A stretch of DNA of 64,000 nt from NCBI RefSeq assembly GCF_009914755.1, contig NC_060928.1; one strand, 5' to 3'. The notes below the pieces were generated by a model, which did no database searches, had not been told where the DNA came from, and saw nothing but the letters and a program-made list of their open reading frames with translations. The translations under genes were made by a program, and so were the position numbers. Source of the DNA: the human T2T-CHM13v2.0 reference genome, Homo sapiens. Position 1 is the stretch's first letter. Each line of letters opens with the position of its first letter. Of this stretch, positions 12,412 to 26,148 are shown in pieces.

Positions 12412-12886
12412 TGTAATGGCTAATTTTATGTGTCAGCTTGACTGGGCCATGGGATGCCCAGATAGCTGGTTAAAGATTATTTCTGCATGTGTCTTTGAGG
12501 ACATTTCTGGAAGAGGCTGGTGTTTGAATCAGTGGACTGAGTAAAGCAGATGTTCTCTCCCAGTGTGGGTGGGCATTATCAAAACCATTCAGGGCCTGAA
12601 TAGAACAAAAAGGCAGAGGAAGTTTGAATTTGCTCTCTGCCTGACTCCTTGAGCTTGGAATGGATCTACTCCTCTCAGCACTCCTAGTTCTCAGCCTTCA
12701 GGCCCACGTTGGATTCTATACCATGGCCCTCCAGCTTTCAGGCCTTCCTTCAAAAAACACCACTGTCTTTCCTGCATCTCTTAGATTGTGGGATTTCTCC
12801 ACCTCTATCATTGTGTGAGATAATACTTTAAAATAAAATCTCTTTATATATTGGTTCTGTTTCTCTGGGGAACCCTGAATAATACA
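12412..12886 (+). mobile_element. MLT2 (ERVL) solo LTR
   Basis: tgtaatggctaattttatgtgtcagcttgactggg start and ttggttctgtttctctgg..aataca end. Near-TSD ttgtt/ttctt. Confidence 0.9.
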
Positions 12887-13074
12887 TTCTTTACCTCGTA
12901 TTCATAGAGTAAAAGTTAAGTGTTCATCTACCTTTGGACTAATTTCTCATGTACAATTTCTATTAACTTACCATTAAGTGTTCCAATCCTAAGTGACTGA
13001 ATTCTTTTCGCCAGATATATTCTGAGCCCATACTAGGTATGAAGCATCAGACTAGGCTCTGGTAGAAGATTTAA

Positions 13075-13290
13075 TGGAGACAATGCCATTTAAACAGGTC
13101 TTCAGGGATGAGTAGAATTTGATGGCAGATTTTTTGCTGGGAAAGTTCCTTGGGTGAGGGTAACAATTAAAGCAAAGTCATGTCAGTGGAAAAGTCTTCA
13201 GACTATGTTGGGGAACAGCCAATAAACTAGACAAATGGGAGTACAGGATTTATGAAGGGGAATAATAAGTAAAAATACTGGAATAACAGG
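13075..13290 (-). mobile_element. L2 fragment
   Basis: Diverged L2-like motifs (ggatgagtagaattt, gggtaacaattaaagcaaag, gccaggttgtggag). Confidence 0.45.
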
Positions 13291-13439
13291 TTTAGGCCAG
13301 GTTGTGGAGTGTGTACGTGTGTGTATTTGTAATTTTTAAAAGCACATATAAGCAAAAACTAGTAAACAAATAAATGCAAAAATTAAAGGAATCTTTACTT
13401 ATAAAAAGTTGCAAGCTTAATACATATAACTTTTATTTT

Positions 13440-13660
13440 CTTCAATCATTAGAAAGTAACTTGCAGACCTGATAGCCTATGATCACAAGTACTTTGTTAT
13501 GCATTTCATATAAAAAAAGGACTTTCCCTTATACAACCATTCAATCATCCAAATATGGAAATAAATACCACTATTTAGCTAATCCTTAGACTTCATTCAG
13601 ATTTTCCCAGTTATCCCAACAATGTACTATATAGTGAAAGGATGCTGCTTAAAATCAGAT
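13440..13660 (-). mobile_element. L1MC-type 3'UTR fragment
   Basis: aaagtaacttgcagac..ttcccttatacaacca..ttcagattttcccagttatccca resembles antisense L1MC4 3' end. Confidence 0.5.
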
Positions 13661-15573
13661 TCTTTTGGGTATTTCTGAGTATTTCAGACACTCACATGTT
13701 CTGAGTGTTTCAAGCTACCAAGAATTTTTTTCTATAAGGACACTGCTTGTACACCTATGGAGATAATAGCCCCATTTGGGGTCTGTGTGCAGTGGGCTAA
13801 GAAGGAATTGTTAGACTTGTTCCTGAGAGCCTCATTTTGGCTCAGATCACTCCAGCATTGTGTTCCCAGTATATCACAAAAATTTCTCTGTAAAATCAAT
13901 GTTTTTTTTCTTGTAGGAATTTTATCTTAATAACTTTTATAGGAGACCATGAGGTCTCGACTAGACAACAAAGTGAGGACATTCTGAGTGGTATTTGGCA
14001 TCTCTCCTCCGAAGCCAGGTAATGCAGTCTTTCTCAGGAGGCTGTCCAGGTGGGCTCTTGGTCAGCTCCATGGGTCTTCCAGATGAGTCCATGTGTCTAA
14101 ACGCTCATGATGACAATGCAGAAAATCTCCACTCTTCTTCACTAGAGCACATTTGAATTGTCTGGAGAAAAGTTTTGAAATTTTAAGCTATCTGGCTTAT
14201 AACTTGTATTTAACCCAAACTGTGGAATAGAAATACAGTCATGGAATTATGCTGAAGAAAAGAATGTAAGGAATGTTCTCTATTACCTTAATTCCCCTTA
14301 CTCCAGGGTTCCACAGGCCTATGCAGGACTCAACCTTAGTGTTGATCTTGATTGGTCTGTGGTCTACCCACAAACAGATGTTCACCTGGCAGCAGACAAC
14401 AGAGGTGGGGAACCTCCCACCATAACATCTACGTTTACTAAAGCAGGGTCCCATGAGGGCTTTTGTCAGGGCTGAAGTCATTCTGTGTAGTTTGGTTAGA
14501 CTTCAGATCATTCAAGTTTTCTCTTTTAATTATAGGAATATTTTAATCATATTACAGTACATTTTTAGGTCAGAAAATGATTTTCATTTCATTGTCAAGG
14601 CAATTTGTGATAAAAATTGAAATAATGCCCAGCATGATTTAAAATTTTAACTCTTAAAATCTTTGAGTTCTAATAATACTGAGTTAAATAAATTTCAAAG
14701 CTGTGTGGGTCTCCATGTTGTGGATACACCTGGCTATGATATCTCTATTACTGTATTTTTCATGATCTTATATATTTCCTTACTTTCATCTGATTTGGGT
14801 GGAAGATGGAGCTAGAAGCATCAAAAGTTACATAGTGGAATTTTATCAGACTCTGTGGCTGTCTCCTCTTAGTGCCTCATTAGGGAAGATGTAGCTTTTT
14901 TGAAGCTGGCTGCAAAGCATCATGCCGATTCCCTGCTGGCATGGTTGGATCATGGCAAGGAGAGGAAGAAAAGCAAAGGAAAATTACTGGTGACCCAAAG
15001 CTGTTGTGACATTCAGGGAAAAAAAGAAAATTGTCCCAATGGGACCTTTGTAACTGAACTCCAAGGTTTGTAGACTTATGTTTCAATAACATTGGATTCA
15101 CCTTTCAAAGTATATTGTTATTTTAAAAACACAAATGTGAAACATAAGCCTCTACATATGTTTATAAAACATATAAACACTAATATAGAAAAGAGGAATG
15201 AGAATATTTCCATTTTATCTATGTTGCAAGTGGGAGAGGTGCTTCATTGGGATTTATAAAGGGAAGTTTAAAGAGTAGATTTTCCAGTGTTGCTTGCCAG
15301 GCTCTTCTTTCAGGAAACGTCCTTCCGTCATCTCAAACAAGAGTTCCCTGTTCCCAACCTTTGACATTTACTGGTAGAATGTTTGGTCATCACAGTAGAA
15401 CACAATGTTTACTTTGTTAAAAGGAAATTTATCACTTATTTTATTAGTTTTGGATGACGCTTGTGGATAAAGGGCAATTCCTTATAAAAGTGATAACAAT
15501 GTAATTCCATAGGTGTATAGTAATGGTTTGATCTTTAAAATGCATGCTAAATTGTTTTACTAAATTCTATTGA

Positions 15574-15744
<171 letters not shown>

Positions 15745-17031
15745 TAAGTCATACCAAAAAGGAAAAATCACATGTTAAATAGAGTGAAATCTATTATAGC
15801 AGACATTCGTATTACTTAAGTTCTAGTTGGGCCATAGAATTCTTTCCCTGCACATCACTTGATATAGCAAAGTAGGAGATACTTGATATCTCATATCTTA
15901 CATGGTTTCTAGTCCATCAGAATATCACCATGTCGTTTTCAAATGGTATCTCCAAGAGGCATATTTCTGCTTGGTATTATTGAATGTCCCTGGGGTTAAA
16001 AATTTAGGTATAGTGAATTAAAGCTTCTCTAAGTCAGATTTCCATTTCCTGTGAAATAAAGATAATAATTGTTAGGTCCACTCCAGAGATTTGTAGTGAT
16101 GGTCAGATGAGAAAATGTCTACAACATTAATTTATAAATGTGTTAGCATTATACAAATTTGCAGGATTGTTATTATTACTATTTAGATTCATAATTACTT
16201 GGTTTCTTTTTTCTATAAAAATGAAAACTAGACAAAACCAGTAATTTAGTATCTGTGCATTAAGTTAGTCACAAATTTGGCACAGTCCCTCTTTCGTGTT
16301 CACAGTCCATGCATGCAAGGATGACCAATGGTAGTGCTTGGATGCGGCCATATTGGGTGTTAAGAAAGGCAGCAAAGAAGTAGCTAGTTCTTCAGGTCAC
16401 ATCCCTTAGCTGGCAAGTAATAGCATTATGTGCATCTTTCCCATAGAAATTGAAACTGGGTTTTTAGAAAATATGGGACATGAAGTTTTATTTTGGAAGA
16501 GACATTTTTATTCTAGAGAAAGCCTATGCATGTTACATTATTCCATTTCCCTTTACTTTCTTCATTTTAGGGGAAAATCTGTCAAATGAATTCTAAGTAT
16601 ACTAGGTAGATTTTGAACTTTCTTTTTGAGTCCTTAAACCTTGATAGCTCTGTTAGCAACTAACTTTAAGACTTTCAGACTTTTTTAGTCTTAAAGTCAT
16701 TCAATGAGAAGGACATCTCAAAAAGCAGCTTTGGAAGATGTTAACATATATCTCTGCTGGTAGAAGCAAATAATTCAAGACTGAAAATGTACCTCCCTAC
16801 TCAATCTTTAAGGAAGCCAATCCCATTCCTGTGTAATTTACTTATATCTTTGGAGTATTTATTATTTCTCTGCTGGCTACCTGTGGAAGGAGCAACAGGG
16901 GAGCATGAGAGAAATATATAGCATACTTTAGATCTCAAGGGACTGAGAGTTTTAGTATTTTTCAAGATGTATATTAGCAGTGTGAAACAGAGGACCATAG
17001 AAAGTGATATGTAACAAAATATTTAATTGAG

Positions 17032-17795
17032 TGTTTTAAAGGAAAACCAGAGCTGGATAGTAAAGGAGTTCATTTGGGAACTGTTGAGACTTCAGTGTCG
17101 AACTGGGCTCAATTCTGAAAACAGCATGGGCAAGAGGGGATTTATAGTTAAGGATCAGGTTGGGGGTCAATGGATGAAAAATTACAAAGAGGAAACATCA
17201 GAAGTTGGGGATTCTGATTAAACAAACCTAACAGGATTCTCACCAGAGGGAGGCAAGGGTGATCAGATCTGGAAGGTGTGTGAAGGATGAGGAACTTGAT
17301 CAGATACCAAGGGTGATCAGGCCAGGGGTGGTGGTTCAGGTCTGTAATCCATTACTTTGGGAGGCAGAGGCGGGTGGATCACCTGAGGTCAGGAGTTCAA
17401 GACAAGCCTGACTAAGATGGTGAAACCCCATCTGTACTAAAAATACAAAAACTAGCCAGGTGTGGTAGCGCGTGCCTCTACTCCCAGCTACTCAGGAGGC
17501 TGAGGCAGGAGAATCGCTTGAATCCAGGAGTCAGAGGTTGCAGTGAGCTCAGATCACAGCACTGTGCTCCAGCCTGAGCAACAGAGTGAGACTCTGTCTC
17601 AAAAGAAAAAAAAAAAAAGAAGAAAGATACTGAGGGTGATCAGATATTAAGGATGGGGGATGCTTGCTAAACTGACTTAGGACTTCTGCTAAAATAGCAC
17701 AATGCAGAGACAGAAAATTCCACAGGTTGAAACTTAGTTGGGTATAGGGTTCAGAGGAGCCTGACTAAAGTTTGGACAAGGAGCATATCTTGTCA
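17032..17795 (-). mobile_element. MER31-family LTR, interrupted by an Alu
   Basis: Minus strand starts tgacaagatatgctccttgtccaaactttagtcaggctcctctgaaccc, matching recalled MER31. Confidence 0.8.
17320..17624 (+). mobile_element. AluS SINE
   Basis: Full dimer with A tail. TSD agataccaagggtgatca / agatactgagggtgatca. Confidence 0.95.
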
Positions 17796-19207
17796 ATACA
17801 ACCAGGTGCTGATTTATAACTTATATGCAATTTGTAATAGAACAGCTGCCTATGTAGGGGCTGTTTTGATCTAAATTATACAATAATTGAAACTTGATTC
17901 AATTGGTGACCTTCCCTACTATCAATATTTTACATAAATACTTTTTTTCTGTTCCATCACTACTCTTCACTCTTACTTGGGTTTTTAAATGACCAGAATG
18001 AGCCATACAATAATACTGATATAATTGCTAACACTTTGCTCTCACCACCACCTCCTCATCCTTCTCTCTTCCTGTACCTCCTTTTCCTCCTTTTTTGATA
18101 GACTTTTTTTTTTCAGTCTTATAACATCAAAATTGGAAAATAGGAAACTGAAAACCTTTACACACTTAAGTCAATTCCTAGAATTTTAATAAAGTGATAG
18201 TTCTGGATGTTTCTAAAACTATTCAGTGAAATACAAAAATGCTACTGCTGAGATTTTGTTTTCATTAAATCTTTTCTGAAATTGCTTATATTACGTGAAC
18301 AAATAAAATTGTCCTACTGTATGACAAAGGCAAAGTAATACTGGCAGAATTGCAGGCTTGTGAGTCCAATTTTTAAATTAGACAAGAGGAAAAAAGCTTC
18401 CTGAATTTGCAATGAATGTATATCATTATTCTTCATGTTCCATTTCTTTCTTCATTTATCCTAGTACCTCTTGAGAATCTTCAGATTCTTGCTTTTCTTT
18501 TTTTCTTACTGTAAAACAGCATGTCCCATATTTCAAAGAGGCTTTTTGTAGGATAATTTAAAACTTATTTTTTTCCAAGGGGATGGTGAATCCATTTGTG
18601 CTTTCTCTATTCAGTTTATCTCTTGTTTACAGGTTTATGGAAAATGAGATTATCACAATTTATATTATAGTTTCCTTAGATGACCAGCAGAAGTTCTTTA
18701 CTGACTTAGTAATGGCAAATGGACAGGTTGAGCTGAACCAACAGTTGGGAGAAACCAAACAGTTTCTAGGTCATTCTTGATTTATGGATTAGGTTGTAAA
18801 ATGACTAAGCTTTACATTTTAATACGTGTGTATAATATTAATTTCACAATGAAAAATTTTCAGGATTTTTGTGAATTACTTAAAATTAATCTTCCTAATT
18901 AATTTACATAATATGATTTTCTAAAGAGTAACAATCAGAAGAGGCTAAGAATTTCATACTTTTATAGGCGAGTGGAAGAGATAGCCTTTCCTCCATTTAT
19001 TTACATCATATTATCATTTACTTGGAAAGGACAAGATCTTGACTTTCTGCATTCAGGGCTTATTTCTTCTAATAAACTTCCTAAAGATCAACTCCTAATT
19101 TTTTAGGGACTGTAATTTATATCACAGAATTAGCATTTTTTCAGGTAGTTTCTTGTTTTCTAATTTTACTATATAATTGGCTGAATCATATAATAAATGC
19201 TGTGATT

Positions 19208-19244
19208 ACCACACTTGGTCTTAGCCAAAAGGCCAAGAAGCGAT
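19208..19244 (-). pseudogene. 3'-truncated U2 snRNA retrocopy (first ~37 nt)
   Basis: Reverse complement ATCGCTTCTTGGCCTTTTGGCTAAGACCAAGTGTGGT versus U2 5' end ATCGCTTCTCGGCCTTTTGGCTAAGATCAAGTGTAGT (3 mismatches). Flanked by tgattac repeats. Confidence 0.92.
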
Positions 19245-20786
19245 ATGATTACTAATTCTGTAAAACTGTTAATGCCTTCATGAATTATTTCATCTTTGAT
19301 GTATGCTTATGTTTCTACCATGTTTAAAATTTCCTATTTGTTTCTTTGTTGTGTGTTGAGACAGTAACAATTAAGTACTAAAAAAACTTATGGATTAGTA
19401 AGCTATGAATCTACCTAGTGTGAAAATGACAGAGTCACTATACTTTTAGAAATAATAATAGCACTAGGTTCCAGATTCTGTAAGGGCAGGGAAAATGTCT
19501 GCTGTATTTGCATTTGTTCTTAAACCCTTTAAGAAACCCTTAAGAAAGGTTTTCAGAACTCAAAGCGTTTTTGTTTAAAGGACTTTATTAATCAATGTAA
19601 CCTTGTCTACACTGTTACTTCAGAATTCAGAATATTAAAGGAATAAGTAATTTAAAAACTACTAGTATTTCTTAATTAAATTTGATATTTTAGTGGACAT
19701 CAAAAGCTTTTTGCATAATATTTTCTTGGGAAATATCGTATCCACAAACAAAAACATATGTACAGGTATCAGTCACATTTGCCTAGGAACATCAATGAGG
19801 CTGGCATTCTAGGTTTGTTTTGTCTTATGTTGAAATCAGCATTAATCTCTTTTTTTGAAGTTACTATTTTTGAGTAAAGAATTTAGAAATTAATTAAAAT
19901 AGGTATGTGTTTGAACTACTAGAGCAACATTGTGATTTTATGGGGAAAATACCATTAAATTAAGTGAAGGGACCTTGCTTTTCCGGATACTTCACACTGT
20001 CTGTTTAATGAATAACCCATTCAGATTTAATTTATACCTGCTGTGTTGTGGTATAACAATGAACCATTATATCTCCAAAGCATGAAGTTAATGAAATAAT
20101 ACCTATCTGGAGTTGGATATTACACACACACAGATTCTTTCTCTTGTTTAAAGCTAATTAACATGAAAGACAATTTGACCACTTTAAATGAAAAAAGAAG
20201 AAAATGAGAATGATGTGTCCACAGTGAGGCAGGCAATGGAAAGTTTAGCTATGAAAGAAAAGTTGAACAAGTACAAGCCACATACACTTTTCAAATTATT
20301 CTAGCTTTGAGAAAAGAAATATCTTTTCAGAGAATCTTTAAACTATGTAGTATCAGCTTAAACGATCTGTTATTCATATAGGTTCAACCTAATTCTCTAC
20401 TACATCATGTATATGAAACCTATTATATTATTAGTATAGTAAGTGTGGGAAGAAATCTATGAAGAAAGTGAAGCAAGTGATTAAAACAATGTTTAAATGT
20501 GTATGAACACTTCTCAAAGAAGCTGTCCATAGCTGGGTGGTAGTAGGGGCCTTATTTGGATAGCATCCTTGGAAAGGTGGAGATTGAGAAACAGTCACAG
20601 AAGTTTTATTTCTATGAGTCCTTTATTTTGGAACTGATAAGACTCTTCCTAATGAAGAGTTAAGACAGAGCTTCCTCAGCCTCTGAAATCTGGAACACCT
20701 CAACAGTCATGCGGAGACAAGAGATTACCCCAAAATGTTTCACATTCTTTCACAGAAAGAAGCTAAAACTAAGAATGAAAATCCTG

Positions 20787-21081
20787 GGCCGGGCGCGGTG
20801 GCTCACGCCTGTAATCCCCGCACTTGGGGAGGCCAAGGCGGGTGGATCACGAGGTCAGGAGATCGAGACCATCCTGGCTAACACGGTGAAACCCCGTCTC
20901 TACTAAAAAAAAATATAAAAAATTAGCTGGGCGTAGTGGCGGACTCCTGTAGTCCCAGCTACTCAGGAGGCTGAGGCAGGAGAATGGCGTGAACCCGGGA
21001 GGCGGAGCTTGCAGTGACCCGAGATCGCGCCACTGCACTCTAGCCTGGGCGACAGAGCGAGACTCCATCTCAAAAGAAATA
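20787..21081 (+). mobile_element. AluY SINE, CpG-rich, short tail
   Basis: gatcgagaccatcctggctaacacggtg and ggcgtgaacccgggaggcggagcttgcag diagnostics. Confidence 0.95.
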
Positions 21082-21129
21082 GAAAATCTTTTGGGAAGTC
21101 CAGAGAGTTGTAACCTCCCATAGTGGGGA

Positions 21130-21270
21130 ACAAAAATGTCACCTGGGAGCCAATGTTAATGCTAGATTTCTGCACCCTACTGCAGAGATTCTAACTCAGT
21201 AGTTCTAGGCCAGGAATTGATATGTCAAGGGGTTCTGACATATCAATTCACTACTCTGAGAAACTCTGAC
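21130..21270. mobile_element. Diverged MER5-like hAT element containing a perfect hairpin
   Basis: cacctgggagc..cagagattctaactcagtag..tgagaaactctg resembles MER5. Confidence 0.5.
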
Positions 21271-21924
21271 CTAGAAACAAAACTGAGGTGGTCAAAATAA
21301 CTTTGCATACTATCCAACCCTGATCAAAATTTATAAACTTTATGATGGAAAAATGTTGTTCTCCAAATTCTGTTGCTCCCGCTCCAAATGACAGAATTAA
21401 GAGAAGCTAGTGATAGCAGCGGTATGGAAGTGGTAAATGAGGCTATAAGACTACATCTGGAGATAAAGCATATGGCAGTTGAAGAGTGGGAAACACCATC
21501 ATGAATTCACAGAAAAGTCAGGGTACCTGGTAGATTAGGGCTCTAATAATAAATGTTAGGTGGGTACTTGGCGCAAAATATTTGAAGTTTTTACCCTATT
21601 GCATAGTGGTCTCAGGTTTGATATGGCCTACAGAAAATTTACCTTTGAAAGCACTTGAAGGATATGATATTTTGTTTGTTTTAGGAAATGGAAGTTAGTG
21701 TATGTAGAAAGCCTTCTTGAATTGTCACAAAGAAGTGGAACTATATTAAATTCTATGCACAACATTTTCATAGTATGACCTTGGCTGCTTCTCTCTAAAA
21801 TGCACTTAATTCACAAGTTTAAAAATATTACCTGCATATCATTTGTCAAATAAATCTTCTTACTTTGACATTATCATCCCATATACTTTCATAATGTTGC
21901 CTTTTATTTTTTTAATATGCAATA

Positions 21925-22560
21925 TACTTTTTATTTTGAAATAGATTCGTAGAAAAGTTTTAAAGATAGAATGGGGAGTCCCATATACGTCTCACCCAGT
22001 TTCTCCTATTGTTAACATCTTATACGATCAGGGCACATTTGCCAAAACTAAGAAACCACCGGTACATTACTGTTACTTCAAGGTAATAGTACTAGTTTTT
22101 TTCACCAATTATTTTCTGATCTAAGACCCAATCCAGGATACCTAGATAGTATTTGATGATGATGTCAATTGTTTGGAAGCAACTCCTAAATCCATTCCAC
22201 ACTAAAGGGATCAATCGGGAATTAAGCTCCACCTTTTGGAGGGGAGAGTAACTACATAAATTATTTAGAATTCTTCTTTAAGAAAGATTTGTCTCTTCTG
22301 CCCCCATTTGTTTATTTATTCAGTCATTTATTTACATCAGTATGGACTCATGGGTATTTACTTTGTACTTTGGATTATAATCTAGTACTGAGTTAATTAC
22401 GTTGTTGTTCAAATTGTTCCAGCTTTAATCATTGTGACCTCTTTTAGGTTGGCTTTTGGGTCCTTTGACATGCCCCATTACTTCCTACTTTCTGGCACTA
22501 CAAGATGTTTCAGGCTCATGTTGTATTTGCCTGCCCCATTCATAGGATCAGTTGCCTTTG
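21925..22560 (-). mobile_element. L1MC/L1MD-type 3' end
   Basis: ttttattttgaaata..cacccagtttctcctattgttaacatctta..ttctggcactacaagatg; paralogous to 34150-35160. Confidence 0.7.
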
Positions 22561-23892
22561 GTTTTTAGCCTCAAAGAAGACAGAAAGTAAATGTATTTGG
22601 TTTCCTATGGACAATACCTTGTGTAATATTATGAATGCTTATGGTGATACTTACGTTTATAAGGCCAAGAACAAAATAGGATCTAATTAGGTTCATTTCC
22701 TATTAGGACAATATGAAACAAATACTCCTATCTGGCCTGAAGGCATTACTAGGAAAGTGATAAAGGTGACACTTTAGAATGGATTTTACCTTTTCTTTGT
22801 CATTTCTCATCAATATGTAGAAACAGTTTTGAGAGAACACTGTGGAGAAGGGTGGCTGTTTCACCACTTAGCACACACAAACTTAGGCATGGCCTTGTTC
22901 TTTGCTCTTTTCAGCCACCTTAGTTTCCAGAGTAAATAACATTGGCCCCAGACTTAAAGCAGTGAAGAATTATCTTCGTCAACAGATAAAGATGAATAGT
23001 TTATTGCCTTTTTCTTACTCCTTCCCATCTCTCCCTCTATTGCTTGATTAACATGTACTAAAAATTCTGGTGCTCCTATTATTTTAACCAACAAATGCAT
23101 GGATTATCTTCTTATATCCATCTTTTTTATATTCTTTATTATCTTTTTCACTGTTGTTGTATCCAAAACAATGAGATTAGTCCAAAAATTCTTTCTATCC
23201 TCTGGTACAGCTGGAAATTAGCTTGCTAGCTGTTTGCCTCCTTTTTCCTTCTTAATGAATAGAGGATGTACTGTCCAACAGGTAATGACTATACAGTGCA
23301 GGTTCGAGGGTGATGGTCCATTTAGAAGGCAGCTTACAGTTTTATTATAAATATAAATAGTTATTAGGAAAAACAAGCAAATGAACAAATGAGATAAAAC
23401 ATCTCTGAATGTGTCTCCTAAATGATCATACAACAAAGGCCTGCCCACAAAAGAAGGAATTTATACTGGAAAATTCACAGGGATTAGTAGTTTTATGCAC
23501 ATGTGTAGAAAGACATATCATCATCAAATTACATTCATGAAGCAAAAGTTCTGGATCTCCCCGAAGTGGAGCTCCTGAAATATTTAATTCTAATGCACAG
23601 TACTTGAAAGTGTCAGATACTTTTCCCCTAAAGCTTTGGTGTTGTCTAACCTTCTTTCAGTTATCTTGATTATTTTTTTGAATTTAGGCATAATTAGGTG
23701 GTTATACTAGACTGCAAGGTCTTTTTCAAATTATTGGAAAACCCAAACACAAAGAACAGATTGTCATTACTTTGATGCTGGTAAAAGTGGGTTTTAGTAC
23801 TTAGAGAAATGGATTTTGTTTTGCTAAAAAGTCACTGGGGACACATGTCAGCAAAAAGAAAAGGAAACACATGCTGACTGTTTCCCCAGACA

Positions 23893-24030
23893 AGTGGTTT
23901 TCAAACTGGTACACATTAGAATCACTGGAGAGGTATGAAAAACTTCTGATGCCGGGGTAACAATATCTGCAGTGGGGTCCAGGCACTGGCATCTTTTAAG
24001 GCTTCCCAGGTGATTATAATGTGCATTCCA
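23893..24030. mobile_element. MER5A
   Basis: agtggttttcaaact..cattagaatcactggag..ttcccaggtgattataatgtgca. Confidence 0.7.
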
Positions 24031-25689
24031 TGTAATAAAACAATAATTTTCATATTTTAGTAAACATTTAAAATATCTGTATCATTTGTTAACAATACAG
24101 ATTCTTGGGGCCAGCTCCAGTGTTCTCATTTCTTGATTAGGTGTGGAGTCCAGAAATCTATGTTTTAAAAGAATAAATCTTTAGGTGCTTGGTTCTTTGC
24201 ATGATACTTTAGTCTTACTCCATAACTGCTTGTGATGCCAAAAAAGGCTCTGGCAGCAGCCCACCCCAGATTTGTACTGCTGCCTGGAGCTGGCCAAAGC
24301 TCTATGGAACTGTTTGGTTTTCTTTGCAAGCCCGGGATCTCTTTATTTCATGTACGTTGGCCACATATGCCTTTTCTCATCAGCTGTCTAGATACCTCAT
24401 CGTTGAACATTCAGCTCCTATATTACCTAGCTTTAGAATTTCTGTATTGTTCAGGCTCCCCCTCTTCCTGTTCCTGTTCCCCTACAGCAATTGTAGCAAT
24501 TATCTTACTGTTTTGTGAACCTTAGTATTCTTATCTGTGTCTTCTGTAAGACTTTACATTCCTTGAGATGACTAACCATGACTTGCTGATTGTAGTTGTA
24601 GTGCCTGCCTCAATTCCTTATAAATTGGCACCCCAAAACTTCAAGTCTGATAGGTAAAACATTATAAGAAATTGTACTGTGAGACATTCTAGCTCAAGGA
24701 TAAATACAATACTCCATGAAAATACAGATATTTTTGTTCACCTACAAATTTAATTTATTCGTGACATTTCTTCTCTTTCCCCATAATTAGCATAAATAAT
24801 TCAGAGGAGGCTATATTCTGTTTAACTGTGAATAAGAAGTTCACATGCTGTTGACTCAATATTCTAAGCTATTGGAGAGGAACAAAACTAGATAATCCAA
24901 AAATCACTTATATTTATGTTTGGAGTACATTTTGGCATTTCTTTTGGAATAAATGTGGTCGATGCTCTAGGAATTCCCAGTATTTCATACAAAAGATTGA
25001 AGGCACATCTGTAAGACCTGATTCTTCAGAAGCTAAAAGCTGTTCTCTGCTATTTAGCTCCTCCACAAGCTACTCATATGCCCCGCTTTTCCAAGGACTC
25101 CTCTGGGAATAAGAGAATAATATTGAAATTAAAAGGAACAAAAAGGGATTGGCATTTGTCATGTGCTGTGTGTTTTAATCTAGGACCCTTTCCCCTCAAA
25201 TAGAGTGCTTTCTTATTTCTGACCCCAGGTAAAAGAACATTCTGTTTATGATAACAAAAGAGATAGTCAAGCAAAATAAGTTGTATTCATAAAATCTTGA
25301 AATCAATATAAAAGAATCAGGGGTAACTTCTAAGGATGATAAATTAGATTTATGTTTTCTCCACCATAAATATTGAGCCATTTGTAGTGGAACCTCCTTT
25401 TTTTCAGAAAGATTTTTAAGAACTCTAAAAATAGGAAAATTTAACTTTCTTCAAAGTAAACACTCTCAGTAGGAAAACACACTGAAAATTTACAAAATTC
25501 AGATTAGAATAAGTCATGATTTTTTTTAGAAGCATAAAATATGCTCATGGATATGTAAATGTGGTGGATTCTTTCCTATCATCTTCTATCTCTTTACGTG
25601 ATATATTCCTTAGTATTGATAAAGTTTACAAAGCAGTCATTAAAATATTCTCTTTAAATCTCTGACTTTACTTGTTGATTTGACTGGTT

Positions 25690-26135
25690 GCTTCTCCAGT
25701 ATTTGCTGTTTTCCTTCCCCACTGGGCAAAGCCAGGGGATCTGAGTAGGCAGAAGCTGAAGAGCACATTTATATTCTCTTTCTGACTGAGAGTGGTTCAA
25801 GGATAAGAACTTGGCACAGGTTTGTCCACTCAGAGTAAAGCCCAAAACTTTTAGCCAATAGTTAGGGTGGCAAACATCTTCCTTTGGGACTGGAAGGAAG
25901 AGCATACATTACTCAAATTGCAGCTGATAATCGTTTTGTCACCAAGAGAAGACTTAGTCTTGGGATAAAGCTGACAGGGTCTTGGTGAAATGATTTAGTT
26001 ATCAAATCAAATCACATCTGATTTGAGCCATTTCCTCCTATAGACTTTTGAGCTATTTTAACTCATTAATCATCTTATTGTGTACAACAATGTGAGCTGG
26101 ATTTTCTGTTATTTGCAATGAAAAGACTATCATTT
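25690..26135 (+). mobile_element. Old MLT1 (MaLR) LTR remnant
   Basis: 3' end gagctggattttctgttatttgcaatgaaaaga is typical of MLT1J/K-type LTRs. 5' boundary uncertain. Confidence 0.45.
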
Positions 26136-26148
26136 GCAACTTAGCAGA

